DNA of 64,000 nucleotides from an uncultured Gemmatimonadales bacterium (GCA_963728915.1 CAVSLV010000001.1:1-64000), one strand, 5' to 3'; counted from the first letter of the stretch, positions 32,575 to 43,140 are shown. Notes: generated by a model from the letters alone, not told the origin. Translations and numbers: made by a program.

Positions 32575-34280
32575 GTCCCAAGCTCATCCTGCCCAAGTCC
32601 TCGGATGCCCTGGCCGGCGCGAGCTGGTCGGACATCGAGCCGATGTACGAAGCCCTGGCCACCGCCCCGATCACCAAGTCGACCATGGCCCAGTGGCTCA
32701 AAGACTGGTCCCTGCTCGAGGCGGTGATTTCCGAAGCGGCCTCCCGGGCGATGATCGCCTATACCTGCGATACCGGCGATCCGGCCAAGGAGGCCGCCCA
32801 CCTCAGGTTCTCCACTGAGATCGTGCCGCAGGCGGAAAAACAGAGCGTCCGTCTGGCGCGGCGGTTCGTCGAGCTCCGGATCGTTCCGGAAGGGCTTGAG
32901 ACCACGGTGCAGCGCTTCAAATCCGCGATCGACATCTTCCGCGACGCGAACGTCGCGCTGTTCTCGGAGCTGGAGGAGCTGGCCTCCCGGTATCAACGGA
33001 TCACCGGCGGGATGACCGCGACATGGGACGGCGAAGAGCGGCCCCTCCCCATGCTCACCCCCTTCCTTCAGGATCGGGACCGGGCCATCCGGGAACAGGC
33101 CTTCCGCGGCATGGTGGGCCCCTACGTCGCCCAGCGGGAAGCCCTGGCGGATCTCTTCGACGTGATGTACGACCGGCGGCAGCGGGTGGCGCGGAACGCG
33201 AACTTCAGCGACTTCCACGCGTTCTCGTTCATCGCCCGGCAGCGATTCGACTACACCCCGGGCGACTGCGCTCGCTTTCACGACACGGTGGAATCCGTGG
33301 TGGTGCCCGCTCACACCCGCGCCCTCGCGGCCCGGCGGGAGCGGCTCGGTCTCGACACCCTGCGCCCCTGGGATCTGGCGGTGAATCCCTATCGCGCCTC
33401 CCCGCTCCGGCCATTCCGGACCGGCGCCGAGCTGGCGCGCGGGGTGCGCCGCATCATGGGCGCCGTCGATCCCCTGCTGGGAGACCAGGTCCAGACCATG
33501 ATCGACGAGGACCTGCTCGATCTGGAGAGCCGGAGGGGGAAGGCGCCCGGCGGCTACTGCGACACGCTCCACGTCAAAGGCCGTCCCTTCATCTTCATGA
33601 ACGCGGCCGGCGTGCTGGAGGACATTAACACGCTGCTTCACGAGTCCGGTCACGCCTTTCATGCCTTCGCCGCGCACGCCCTCCCGTTCGTCTGGCAGCG
33701 CCACCCCGGGGCCGAAGCCGCCGAGCTGGCGTCCATGACCATGGAGCTCCTCGCGGGCAGCCACCTGGGGCCCCCCCATGGAATGCTGAGCGAACAGGAT
33801 GCGGCGATCGCCCGGCTCGAGCACCTGGAGGATCTCCTGGCGAGCCTGCCCCACATTGCGTCGGTGGATGCGTTCCAGACCTGGATCTACACCAGCGGGG
33901 AAGGGCACGATCGTGCAGCCCGGGATGCGGCCTGGCTCCGGATTCGCGGCCGCTTCGAGCAGGCGGTGGATTGGAGCGGTTTGGTTCAGGAACGGGTGTC
34001 CCGATGGCCGCGGCAGCTCCACATCTATCTCTACCCCTTCTACTACATCGAGTACGGGCTGGCCCAGCTCGGCGCCCTCCAGGTCTGGCGGAATCACCGG
34101 AACGACGGGCCCGACGCGGTGAAAGCCTACCGGACGTTCCTCGCCCTCGGGGCGACCCGGTCCCTGCCGGAACTGTACCGGGCGGCCGGGGCCACCCTGA
34201 TTTTCGACGGGGGAGGAATGCGCCAGCTCATCGACCTGGTCGAAGAGGAAATGGAGCGGCTCCGCGCCGCGGTTCGCTAG
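32571..34280 (+). CDS. M3-family oligoendopeptidase
   Basis: [34 protein letters not shown]. Confidence 0.93.
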   Translation: MSPKLILPKSSDALAGASWSDIEPMYEALATAPITKSTMAQWLKDWSLLEAVISEAASRAMIAYTCDTGDPAKEAAHLRFSTEIVPQAEKQSVRLARRFVELRIVPEGLETTVQRFKSAIDIFRDANVALFSELEELASRYQRITGGMTATWDGEERPLPMLTPFLQDRDRAIREQAFRGMVGPYVAQREALADLFDVMYDRRQRVARNANFSDFHAFSFIARQRFDYTPGDCARFHDTVESVVVPAHTRALAARRERLGLDTLRPWDLAVNPYRASPLRPFRTGAELARGVRRIMGAVDPLLGDQVQTMIDEDLLDLESRRGKAPGGYCDTLHVKGRPFIFMNAAGVLEDINTLLHESGHAFHAFAAHALPFVWQRHPGAEAAELASMTMELLAGSHLGPPHGMLSEQDAAIARLEHLEDLLASLPHIASVDAFQTWIYTSGEGHDRAARDAAWLRIRGRFEQAVDWSGLVQERVSRWPRQLHIYLYPFYYIEYGLAQLGALQVWRNHRNDGPDAVKAYRTFLALGATRSLPELYRAAGATLIFDGGGMRQLIDLVEEEMERLRAAVR

Positions 34281-34318
34281 CGTTGCGCCGGGTCCTCTCC
34301 GGGGCGAGATTTCTCCCT

Positions 34319-34537
34319 ATGGCGAAAGAAGAAGGCATCGAGATGGAAGGGGTGGTGCAGCAGGTCCTCCCCGACCGGAACTACCGGGTCCTCCTGGAAA
34401 ACGGCCACACCATCCTGGCCTATGCGGCCGGCAAAATGAGCAAATTCAAGATCCGGGTCCTGGAGGGCGACCGGGTCAGCGTGGTACTCTCCCCCTACGA
34501 TCTAACCCGCGGTCGGGTCATCTACCGGCACAAATAA
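34319..34537 (+). CDS. infA: Translation initiation factor IF-1
   Basis: [38 protein letters not shown]. Confidence 0.97.
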   Translation: MAKEEGIEMEGVVQQVLPDRNYRVLLENGHTILAYAAGKMSKFKIRVLEGDRVSVVLSPYDLTRGRVIYRHK

Positions 34538-34538
34538 A

Positions 34539-34566
34539 ACGGGCCGCTCCGGTGGGAGCGGCCCGT
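34539..34566. terminator. Probable bidirectional terminator between infA and csp
   Basis: 12-bp stem ACGGGCCGCTCC / GGAGCGGCCCGT, A run on the left. Confidence 0.75.
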
Positions 34567-34588
34567 CTTGCTGCCAAGGCTCGGACGA

Positions 34589-34804
34589 TTACTTCGTTGC
34601 CTTGGTCACATTCTCCGCGGCGGGTCCCTTGGCACCCTGGACGATGTCGAATTCGACCCGCTCACCTTCGGACAGGCTGCGGAAGCCGTCCATGCGAATC
34701 GCCGAGTGGTGGACGAAGCAGTCCTTTTCGCCGTTCTCCGGGGTGATGAATCCGAACCCCTTCGCGTCGTTGAACCACTTCACGGTACCGGTCGTACGAG
34801 CCAT
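34589..34804 (-). CDS. cspA: Cold-shock protein (CspA family)
   Basis: [30 protein letters not shown]. Confidence 0.96.
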   Translation of the reverse strand: MARTTGTVKWFNDAKGFGFITPENGEKDCFVHHSAIRMDGFRSLSEGERVEFDIVQGAKGPAAENVTKATK

Positions 34805-34991
34805 TGCATCCTTCTCCTGTTGGTGTCACGTGCCGGAGCGCGCAATGCGCCGCCGGCTCCCTGTGAACGCGAGCCCATCTCGCGCCACAAAAGTCTCATC
34901 GGCCCCCGGCAGGGATGCCGTGGTTGATTCATCTGGACTGTGGGATTCAGAATCTGAAATACCTGCAGTTCCTGCGGTTCAGTGCGGCACC

Positions 34992-35020
34992 ATAGTGGGG
35001 AATTCCGGCGAAAAAGTCAA
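34992..35020 (-). promoter_or_regulatory. Putative csp promoter giving a ~180-nt 5' UTR
   Basis: TTGACT-N17-CACTAT on the minus strand. Confidence 0.45.
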
Positions 35021-35053
35021 GATTCGGTCTTTCCCCGGGTTCCTCAAGACGGT

Positions 35054-36811
35054 CTAACGAAAGATCCGGGTGATCATCCCCCCGAAGCCCTTGGAGGAGG
35101 TGGCCGCACTGCGGCGGGCTGCCCGGTTGAGCGCAGCGAGAAACTCCGAGGCGGTGGGAAAGCGTGCTTTCGGCTCGGCTCTGAGCGACCGCCGCAGCAC
35201 CTCTTCGATCTCGGCTCCCATGTCGGGGCGGGCTTCCTGGAGGGGAGGAAGCTCGTTGGTGGTCTGGCGCGCCAGCACCTGGACCGGGGTGGCGCCCTCG
35301 AACGGCGGCACGCCCATCAGCGCAAAGTAGGCCACCGCGGCGAGGCTGTAGAGATCGCTCCGGCCGTCCACCCGCTCGCCCAGGAGCTGCTCGGGACTCG
35401 CGAAACGCGGAGTGCCGCTCTGACTGGTGGCGCCGCCGAACATCCCCTGGCCCCGGAGCGCCAGCGCCAGTCCGAAGTCGGTGATTCGGAGAGTCCCATC
35501 CCGCTCGAACAGGAGGTTTTCCGGTTTGATGTCGCGGTGCACCAGGCCCGCCGCGTGGGCGTGGGCCAGCCCGCTGAGCGCCTCGCGAAGGAGCCGCAGG
35601 GTCTTGTCGCGAGAGAGCGGGCCATCGCGTTCGACCAGCTGCGCCAGGTTGGGGCCCGGAACGTATTCCATGGTGTACCAGATCAGCCCGCCTCGCCCCC
35701 CGATGTCGTAAATGTTGACCAGGTTGGGGTGGTTGAGCCGGGCCGCGAGCTGGGCTTCGCGGCGGAACCGCTCGACCACCTCAGGATCCTGGATCAGGGA
35801 CGGGTGGAGCACCTTGAGCGCGACGAGTCTTTCCAGGTGAAGATCCCGGACCCGGTAGACCCGCCCGAAGCCGCCCACGCCGAGCTGGTCGAGCAGCTCG
35901 TAGTCGTCGCCCAGGGCGCGGCGGAGCCGCTTCTCCCACTGGCGCGCCGGATCGCTGCCGGGTCCTCCGCCCGGGCCCGAGGCGGCGATCTCGAGCGCGA
36001 CCGTGCTGGAGAAGTCGCCGGCTTCCGAGGCGAAATCCTCCAGCATCTCGGTGGCGCTGAAGAACCGTTTCCCCGGGTTCTCGTGCATCGCCCGCATGAT
36101 CACCCGTTCGAGCGCCTGGGGACAGGCGTGCCGGATCCGGCTGGGCGGTACGATGGCGCCCGGGTTAGGGTCCGGCTCGATCCCGGTGATCGCATAGTAC
36201 AGCACCGCGCCAAGGGCGTAGATGTCGCAGGTGGAGTCCCCCGGCTGCCCGTTCCGGACTTCCGGCGCCATGAAGGGGAGCCCGGTGGGCCGCTCGGTCG
36301 GCGGAATGGCCGGCAGGGTGTAGCTCGAAAATCGAAGATCGGTGAGCGTGCCCCGGCCTCCCGGTCCGATCAGGAGCCCCGAGGGCACCATCCGGCGGAC
36401 CACGACGCCCCAGGCGTGGGCATGCTCGAGCCCGCTGAGGAGAAACCGCGCCAGGCTGTGGACGTCAGGAATCGGGCGAGGCCCCCGGGCCACGGCCTCG
36501 TGCAGTCCTTCCCCGTCGATCCAGTTCCCGATCCGGAACGCGATGTTGTTGGCGACCCCGACATCGTAGACGTGCCGGATGGCGGGATGGTCGAGCCGGG
36601 CCAGCGCCTCCGCTTCCCGGAGGAACCAGCCCCGGACCACATCGGTGGTGTAGAAATTGACCCGGATGCTGACCCGGCGGCTCAGCAGCTTGTCCTGGCC
36701 CTGGAACAGGACCCGCTCCGCGTTCGCCGCGATCATCCGTTCGAGCCGGTAACGTGCACCGAGCACCGCATCGGTGTCGCGCCACAGCTCGGACGATTCG
36801 ACCCCGCTCAC
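35054..36811 (-). CDS. Tandem pseudokinase + active Ser/Thr kinase
   Basis: N-terminal domain lacks Gly loop, Lys, HRD and DFG but keeps FMAPE and DIYALG; C-terminal domain has GVGGFG, VALK, HRDIKPEN, DFG. Confidence 0.88.
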   Translation of the reverse strand: MSGVESSELWRDTDAVLGARYRLERMIAANAERVLFQGQDKLLSRRVSIRVNFYTTDVVRGWFLREAEALARLDHPAIRHVYDVGVANNIAFRIGNWIDGEGLHEAVARGPRPIPDVHSLARFLLSGLEHAHAWGVVVRRMVPSGLLIGPGGRGTLTDLRFSSYTLPAIPPTERPTGLPFMAPEVRNGQPGDSTCDIYALGAVLYYAITGIEPDPNPGAIVPPSRIRHACPQALERVIMRAMHENPGKRFFSATEMLEDFASEAGDFSSTVALEIAASGPGGGPGSDPARQWEKRLRRALGDDYELLDQLGVGGFGRVYRVRDLHLERLVALKVLHPSLIQDPEVVERFRREAQLAARLNHPNLVNIYDIGGRGGLIWYTMEYVPGPNLAQLVERDGPLSRDKTLRLLREALSGLAHAHAAGLVHRDIKPENLLFERDGTLRITDFGLALALRGQGMFGGATSQSGTPRFASPEQLLGERVDGRSDLYSLAAVAYFALMGVPPFEGATPVQVLARQTTNELPPLQEARPDMGAEIEEVLRRSLRAEPKARFPTASEFLAALNRAARRSAATSSKGFGGMITRIFR

Positions 36812-38145
36812 GTGTCGCGCGCGATTTCGGCGAGGTTTCGGCCACCGTGCTTGGCCGCGTAGAGGGCGGTATCGGCGGCGGCCAGCAGGGCCGCCGTGCT
36901 ACGCCCGTGCCGGGGCGACTCCGCGATGCCGAAGCTCAGGGTATTGGTCTTGTACTCGGGATGGCGGGAGACCAGCTCCTGCACTCCGGCCTGGAGCCGG
37001 TTCACGAACGCCAGGGCCTCGGCCGTCGTGGTCATGGTGAGGATGACCAGGAACTCGTCCCCGCCCCAGCGGCCCACCACGTCGAGCGCGCGGACGTGCT
37101 GCTGGAGCACCTGCCCCATCATGGCGAGGTAGCGATCACCCGCGGCATGGCCCTGGGTGTCGTTGATCAGCTTGAACCGGTCGATGTCGATCAGGGCGAC
37201 CGTGGTGCGGAACTGATGCCGGACCCCGCGGGACAGCTCGGCCTCCAGCCGCTTTTCCAACGCCCGGCGGTTGGGAAGCCCGGTCAGTTTGTCGGTAGTC
37301 GCCTCACTGTTGAGCCGGCCCACCAGCTCGGCGTTATGCAGGGCCATCGCAGCGGTATACGACAGGGTGCCCGCCAGGTCGCGCTCCTTCTGCCCGTACG
37401 ATTCCCGATTGATCCGGGGCCCGAGCACCAGGACCGCCAGCCGCTGCTCACTGGTATCGAGCGGGATGATCAGCGAGGCCTCGGGCGGAACGCTCGCCGC
37501 GAGCGGTGAATCCCTGGCTTCCGTCACCATGCTGCCGAGCGGCAGGCTCCGGTCGATGAGGGCCATGTCGATCGGCTCGGGCGCGAGTCCGGGGTCGAGC
37601 GCGCGGTACTGGCGGGGATGGTACTTCCCGTCCGCCGGGCGATAGAGACAGGCCCACCACGCGAAAAAGACTTCCGACATGAAATCGAGGACCAGCCGCT
37701 CGGTCTCCTCGGTCGAGTGCACCGAGGAAAGCAGCCGGGCGACCTGGCGGAGCGCGCTGAGCTGGAAGACGGAATCATCGAGCTGGATCTGCCGGTCGTG
37801 GATGACCGCGCGGAGCTCGAGCACGATGGCGAGGCCCAGCGCGACCAGTCCGGCCTCGGGCTCGACCACCGCGGCGAGCTCGGGCGACGTGTGCACCACG
37901 ATCCGGGTCGGCCCGGTCTCGCAGCGGCTGATCTCGACCGATTGTTCGAATCCTTCCGGCCCACCCACCCGCTCGGGACGGGCGCCGTCCCGGCTCACGC
38001 TGAGCCAGATCTGCTCGCTTTCGAATCGCTGGGTGAGCACCTGCCGGCACCGTTCGAACAGCTCCGATTCGGAGCGGGCCAGCCGGCACGCCGCCGCAAA
38101 GGCACTCGGAAGGTTCAACGAGCGATCGGCCGAAACGGAAGGCAT
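36808..38145 (-). CDS. GAF-like sensor diguanylate cyclase
   Basis: TDKLTGLPNRR; DIDRFKLINDTQGHAAGD; RALD I-site; RWGGDEF; ALYAAKHGGRN. Confidence 0.92.
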   Translation of the reverse strand: MPSVSADRSLNLPSAFAAACRLARSESELFERCRQVLTQRFESEQIWLSVSRDGARPERVGGPEGFEQSVEISRCETGPTRIVVHTSPELAAVVEPEAGLVALGLAIVLELRAVIHDRQIQLDDSVFQLSALRQVARLLSSVHSTEETERLVLDFMSEVFFAWWACLYRPADGKYHPRQYRALDPGLAPEPIDMALIDRSLPLGSMVTEARDSPLAASVPPEASLIIPLDTSEQRLAVLVLGPRINRESYGQKERDLAGTLSYTAAMALHNAELVGRLNSEATTDKLTGLPNRRALEKRLEAELSRGVRHQFRTTVALIDIDRFKLINDTQGHAAGDRYLAMMGQVLQQHVRALDVVGRWGGDEFLVILTMTTTAEALAFVNRLQAGVQELVSRHPEYKTNTLSFGIAESPRHGRSTAALLAAADTALYAAKHGGRNLAEIARDT

Positions 38146-38161
38146 CGCGAAAATATAGCGG

Positions 38162-38776
38162 TCACCCTGCCGCTCCCAGATACACGCCGACCTGGTGACT
38201 CAGGTCCTTGAGCTCGGCGAGCAGGCTGCCCTGGAACTCGGCCCCGCGGAAGTCGAGCACCTCGAGCATCGCGCGATGCCACCAGAGCAGCTCCTCGGGA
38301 GGCGCCGGGGCCACGCGGCGGGCGTATTCCGCCCCCAGCCGCCGGATGTCGGTGAGCGCCAGTCCACAGTGGTGAATCTCCGTGGCCATCCAGATCTGGG
38401 CCACCCGCCACGAGCAGGACGAGAGCTGGGAGAGCACCTCGAACCGGGTGACCTTCCAGGGCCGCTCCCGGCCCGCGGGATCGAAACGGGGGTCCATCGA
38501 GGCTTCCACCGCCGCCGAGACCAGGCCACCGAAGCGCATCGCGATGCTGGTGTGCAGCGCCCCGATTCGCTCCTGGGGGCAGACGTCCACCAGCTGTTTG
38601 AGGATGGCCGAGACCACGGTGGTCTCGTCGGCGCGATGATGGGCCAGGACGATGGCGATATTCGCGGTGCCGAGCAGCGGGTTATGGCGGTCGTACCGGG
38701 ACACCGGCCCGGGATGGTGCTTGGCGGCGAAGGAAAGAGCGTGATGGATCGCGTCGCTGAAGCCGCGGGGGTGCAT
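38162..38776 (-). CDS. Degenerate HD-domain (RelA/SpoT hydrolase/MESH1-like) protein
   Basis: FSDAIHHALSFAAKHH..ANIAIVL..DETTVVSAIL; HD position reads KQ. Confidence 0.65.
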   Translation of the reverse strand: MHPRGFSDAIHHALSFAAKHHPGPVSRYDRHNPLLGTANIAIVLAHHRADETTVVSAILKQLVDVCPQERIGALHTSIAMRFGGLVSAAVEASMDPRFDPAGRERPWKVTRFEVLSQLSSCSWRVAQIWMATEIHHCGLALTDIRRLGAEYARRVAPAPPEELLWWHRAMLEVLDFRGAEFQGSLLAELKDLSHQVGVYLGAAG

Positions 38777-38781
38777 GCCGG

Positions 38782-39417
38782 TTACCGGATCCCCAGCAGC
38801 TTGTGGGTCTGGAGCGAGAGCCGCCACTGGGGGTGAGCCAGGCAGTAGGCCACCGCCCGGCGGGTGTTCTCTGCCAGGTCCGGACCGTCCATCGGCTGGA
38901 GGAAGAAGTGCCGGAACTGGAGTTCCCGGTAGCGCTCCGGCTCGCCGCCCTCTTGCGGGAAGACCAGCTTGAGCTCGTGCCCCGTGGTGACCACTACCTC
39001 GGTCCGCGCCTTGGGGCTCAGGCAGAGCCAGTCGATCCCGTCTGGTGGGGCGAGGGTCCCGTTGGTTTCCAGCGCGATCTCGAAGGCTCGGGCATGGAGA
39101 GCCCCGATCAGGGGAGCGTCGAGCTGGAGGGAAGGCTCTCCGCCGGTGCACACCACGAACCTTCCAGTCTCGGGCCGACCGTCGGGCCACTGCGCCTCGA
39201 TGGCATCGGCCAGCGCCTCGGCGCTGGCGAAGCTCCCCCCTCCCGCGCCATCGGTCCCGACGAAATCAGTGTCGCAAAACTGGCATACCGCCTCGGAGCG
39301 GTCCTGTTCGCGCCCGCTCCACAGGTTACAGCCCGCAAAACGGCAGAACACCGCGGGGCGCCCGGCGTTGGCGCCTTCGCCCTGGAGGGTGTAGAAGATC
39401 TCCTTCACGGCGTACAT
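38782..39417 (-). CDS. queE: 7-carboxy-7-deazaguanine synthase (CX14CX2C radical SAM type)
   Basis: KEIFYTLQGEG; RFAGCNLWSG..CQFCDTDF; TGGEP; WRLSLQTHK. Confidence 0.95.
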   Translation of the reverse strand: MYAVKEIFYTLQGEGANAGRPAVFCRFAGCNLWSGREQDRSEAVCQFCDTDFVGTDGAGGGSFASAEALADAIEAQWPDGRPETGRFVVCTGGEPSLQLDAPLIGALHARAFEIALETNGTLAPPDGIDWLCLSPKARTEVVVTTGHELKLVFPQEGGEPERYRELQFRHFFLQPMDGPDLAENTRRAVAYCLAHPQWRLSLQTHKLLGIR

Positions 39418-39436
39418 GACTGTAAGGTAGCTGCGA

Positions 39437-39471
39437 GGTGATAGGTGTTAGGTGCTGGGTGCTGGGTGATA
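39437..39471. repeat. Heptamer tandem repeat x5 spanning the queC stop
   Basis: ggtgata ggtgtta ggtgctg ggtgctg ggtgata. Confidence 0.8.
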
Positions 39472-40146
39472 GGGGGCGGGGTCGGCGAGCCCGGCCTCGG
39501 CGAATCCCCGGAGCCGGAGCAGACAGGAATCGCATCGGCCACAGCCACGACCCTGTGGGTCCGGCGCATAACAGCTTCGGGTCACCGCGTAGTCCACGCC
39601 GAGGGCGATTCCCGTCCGGATGATCTCGGCCTTGGTCATCGCGATGAGCGGGGTGTGGATCCGGTAGCGAATCTGGCCCTCGACGCTCGCTCGGGTGGCC
39701 AGGTTCGCCATCGCCTCGAACGCCTCGATGTACTCGGGCCGGCAATCGGGATACCCGCTGTAATCGAGCGCGTTCACTCCGATGAAGAGATCGCCGGTCT
39801 CGAGGACCTCGCACCAGGCCAGCCCGAAAGCGAGGAAGATGGTGTTGCGCGCCGGTACGTAGGTGATCGGGATTCCGGATTCGAGCTCGCCGCGGGTTCG
39901 TCCGGTCGGCACCGGGATATCCGCGGTCAACGCCGAGCCGCCGATGCTCCGGAGATCGATGTCGATGATTTCATGGCGCGCCGTTCCGAGGCTCCTGGCC
40001 ACGGCGCCCGCCGCTTCCAGCTCGATGGCGTGCCGCTGCCCGTATCGGAAGCTCAGGGCGACGACCTCATAGCCTTCCGCCCGCGCGATCGCGAGCGTCG
40101 TGGCGGAATCGAGCCCCCCGGACAGGAGGACGATCGCTCGTTTCAT
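39448..40146 (-). CDS. queC: 7-cyano-7-deazaguanine synthase
   Basis: [39 protein letters not shown]. Confidence 0.96.
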   Translation of the reverse strand: MKRAIVLLSGGLDSATTLAIARAEGYEVVALSFRYGQRHAIELEAAGAVARSLGTARHEIIDIDLRSIGGSALTADIPVPTGRTRGELESGIPITYVPARNTIFLAFGLAWCEVLETGDLFIGVNALDYSGYPDCRPEYIEAFEAMANLATRASVEGQIRYRIHTPLIAMTKAEIIRTGIALGVDYAVTRSCYAPDPQGRGCGRCDSCLLRLRGFAEAGLADPAPYHPAPST

Positions 40147-41048
40147 CGAAGAGCTTCCAGCTCGTGAGCGAGCGCGGTCCTCAGCTCGGGGTAAGCGAAT
40201 TGGAATCCTGCCTCGCGGAGCTTCACCGGCTCGACCCGAGCGCTGGAGAGAATGGTCTCCCTCGCCATCTGGCCGAAGAGCAGCCGGAGCCCGATCGCCG
40301 GGACGGGCAGCAGGGCGGGGCGATGAAGCACCTGGCCCAGCACCTGGGTGACCTCCCGATTCCGAGCCGGGTTGGGTCCCACCGCGTTGACCGGTCCTTG
40401 AAACCCTTCATCGACCACCACTCGCGCAAAGACCTGGACCAGGTCGCCGGCCGCGATCCAGCTCATCCACTGCATCCCGCCTCCGAGCCGTCCGCCGAGC
40501 CCCAGTCGAAAGGGAAGCAACATGCGCCCCAGGACTCCTCCGTGCCGGGTGAGCGGGAGTCCCACGCGGAGCCGCACCACGCGGAGCCCCGCTTTTTCGG
40601 CTGGGATGGTCGCCGCCTCCCAGCCCTGGCACACTTCCGCCAGGAAACCGGAGCCGGGCGGGCTCGCCTCGTTGAGGATCTCGTCCCCCCGATCTCCGTA
40701 GTACCCGACCGCCGACGCCGAAACGAGGACCCGCGGCCCCCCTCCAGGGGCCCCCTCGGCGAGCCGCTCGGCCAGGGCGCGGGTGCCCTCGACCCGGCTC
40801 GCCCGGATTCGGCGCTTTCGCTCTCTGGTCCAGCGGTGTCCGACGTTCTCTCCGGCCAGATGGACGACGGCATCCATGCCGGCGAGCTCGGCATCGGTGA
40901 GCACGATGCGGGCGCCGCTCGCCCACTGCACGCTGCCCGGGGAAGGAGAGGATCGCACCAGGGGGATGACCCGGTGCCCCTGCTTCGCGAGGTGGGGAGC
41001 GAGGAGCGACCCCAGCAGTCCGGAGGCGCCGGTGATCCCGATTCGCAT
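40143..41048 (-). CDS. TIGR01777-family NAD-dependent epimerase/oxidoreductase
   Basis: [39 protein letters not shown]. Confidence 0.92.
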   Translation of the reverse strand: MRIGITGASGLLGSLLAPHLAKQGHRVIPLVRSSPSPGSVQWASGARIVLTDAELAGMDAVVHLAGENVGHRWTRERKRRIRASRVEGTRALAERLAEGAPGGGPRVLVSASAVGYYGDRGDEILNEASPPGSGFLAEVCQGWEAATIPAEKAGLRVVRLRVGLPLTRHGGVLGRMLLPFRLGLGGRLGGGMQWMSWIAAGDLVQVFARVVVDEGFQGPVNAVGPNPARNREVTQVLGQVLHRPALLPVPAIGLRLLFGQMARETILSSARVEPVKLREAGFQFAYPELRTALAHELEALR

Positions 41049-41142
41049 GGTCGCGAATCTACCCGCGCCGCTTCTGCCCCGCCGTTTCGGACATTAGTTT
41101 TGACCGGCTGTCGAACTCGCACACGTCGCCCCGGGAGCACTC

Positions 41143-43140
41143 ATCGCAAACTCGACCTGGACCGTCAAGGACGCCGAACGCCTCTACAACATGCGGGGCT
41201 GGGGACTCGGGTTCTTCCGGATCAACGCGGAAGGTCACGTCACCGTCCACCCCGATCACACGCCCGACCGGGCGATCGATCTCTACCGGCTCGCCCTCGA
41301 CGCGAACGCCCAGGGGATCGGGCTCCCGCTGCTGATCCGGTTCTCGGACATTCTCAAGGCCCGGATCGCCACGCTCGCGAACGAGTTCCGCCGGGCTATC
41401 GACGAGACCGGATACGAGGGCGCCTACACCACGGTCTATCCGGTGAAGGTGAACCAGCAGCGTCACGTGATCCAGGAGATCGTGCACTTCGGGGCCTCCT
41501 ACGGGGTGGGCCTCGAATGCGGCAGCAAGCCCGAGCTGCAGGCGGTGCTGGGCCTCACCGATCGCACCGATCACCTGATCGTGTGCAACGGCTACAAGGA
41601 CGAGGAGTTCATGCGGTTTGCCCTCATGGGCAAGCGCCTCGGTCACCAGGTCTTCATCGTGCTGGAGCAGGTGGGCGAGCTGGAGACCGTGTTGCGGGTC
41701 GCCGACGAGATGGGAATCACCCCGAGCCTCGGGGTCCGGATCAAGCTCGCCACCGAGGGGTCGGGCCGGTGGGCCAAATCGGGCGGGGAGCGCTCCAAGT
41801 TCGGGTTGAGTGCGGTGGAGCTCACCAAGCTGCTCGACCGGCTGGCCGAGGCGGGCCGGAAGGACGCCCTCAAGCTGGTCCACTTCCATCTGGGCAGCCA
41901 GATCACCGACATCCGCTACATCAAGGCCGGCCTGGAGGAGATCGGGCGGTACTACGTGGAAATCCGGGAGATGGGCTTCGACCTCTCCCACGTGGACGTG
42001 GGCGGCGGGTTAGGAGTCGACTACGAAGGCTCCAAGACCACCCGGTCGGCCAGCATGAACTACACCACCCGGGAGTACGCCAACGACGTGGTGTACAACC
42101 TGGGCACGGTCTGCCGCCAGTTCGGCCAGCCGATGCCCCACCTCATCTCGGAGTCGGGCCGCGCCCTCACCGCCCACCATGCCCTGCTCCTGCTCAACGT
42201 GACCGGGGTGGAGTCGCTCACCGAACCGGTGGTGCCGGCGCTCCGGGACGAGCCGCCCGCGGTGCTGGTCGAGCTCAAGGAAAACCTCGAGTCCCTGACC
42301 CTCGACCGGGTGGAGGAGGTCTTCCACGACGCGGTGTTCGCCAAGGAGCGGCTCCAGGAGCTCTTCGCCAGCGACGCGATCACCCTCCGCGACATGGCCG
42401 ACATCGAGCAGTTCTACCTGGCCACCATGAACGCGATCGCGGCCCTGATCGCCAATGACCGGGCCAACTACCCCGAAATCGTGAATCATCTGGAAGCCAC
42501 CCTGGTGGACCGGTACTTCTGCAATTTCTCGGTGTTTCAGTCGCTCCCCGACAACTGGGCGATCGACCAGATCTTCCCGATCATGCCGGTGCACCGGCTC
42601 CTCGAGGAGCCGATCCGGCGGGGGACGCTTCAGGATATCACCTGCGACTCCGACGGGGTGATCGACCGGTTCGCCGGAGGGCGGAAGGGGAAGCCCTGCC
42701 TGGAGCTGCACCCCTACCGGCACGGCGAGCCTTACATCCTGGGGATCTTCCTGACCGGCGCCTACCAGGAAATCCTGGGCGATCTGCACAATCTCTTCGG
42801 CGACACCAACGCGGTCCACATCCGGCTGACCGACGCGGGTTATGAAATCACCGACCTGGTCCATGGCGACACCGTGACCGAGGTCCTCAACTACGTCCAG
42901 TTCCACAGCTCCGATCTGCTCCAGACCTTCCGGCGGAAAGTCGGCCGCGCCATCGACCTGTCCCGCCCCGAAGCCAACGCCTTTATTGCCGACTACGTCG
43001 CCGGGCTCGAGGGGTACACCTACCTCGAAGGGGAGCTGCCGATCGATTCGGAGCCCGGCCCGAATGGAGGGCCGCCGACCCCGGGACCGGTCGCCGAACC
43101 GGTGCCCGTCCTCGCCTCGCCTTCGCGCACCGAGACATGA
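41143..43140 (+). CDS. speA: Biosynthetic arginine decarboxylase (start uncertain; first in-frame ATG 41191)
   Basis: WTVKDAERLYNMRGWG; YPVKVNQ; HFHLGSQ; DVGGGLGVDY; ESGRA; DITCDSDG; GAYQEILGDLHNLFGD. Confidence 0.95.
   Translation: MANSTWTVKDAERLYNMRGWGLGFFRINAEGHVTVHPDHTPDRAIDLYRLALDANAQGIGLPLLIRFSDILKARIATLANEFRRAIDETGYEGAYTTVYPVKVNQQRHVIQEIVHFGASYGVGLECGSKPELQAVLGLTDRTDHLIVCNGYKDEEFMRFALMGKRLGHQVFIVLEQVGELETVLRVADEMGITPSLGVRIKLATEGSGRWAKSGGERSKFGLSAVELTKLLDRLAEAGRKDALKLVHFHLGSQITDIRYIKAGLEEIGRYYVEIREMGFDLSHVDVGGGLGVDYEGSKTTRSASMNYTTREYANDVVYNLGTVCRQFGQPMPHLISESGRALTAHHALLLLNVTGVESLTEPVVPALRDEPPAVLVELKENLESLTLDRVEEVFHDAVFAKERLQELFASDAITLRDMADIEQFYLATMNAIAALIANDRANYPEIVNHLEATLVDRYFCNFSVFQSLPDNWAIDQIFPIMPVHRLLEEPIRRGTLQDITCDSDGVIDRFAGGRKGKPCLELHPYRHGEPYILGIFLTGAYQEILGDLHNLFGDTNAVHIRLTDAGYEITDLVHGDTVTEVLNYVQFHSSDLLQTFRRKVGRAIDLSRPEANAFIADYVAGLEGYTYLEGELPIDSEPGPNGGPPTPGPVAEPVPVLASPSRTET

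Noticed and set aside
39418..39447. preQ1 riboswitch before queE or queF
   Set aside because: No recognisable stem plus A-rich tail; the queE gap is a heptamer repeat and a -10-like box
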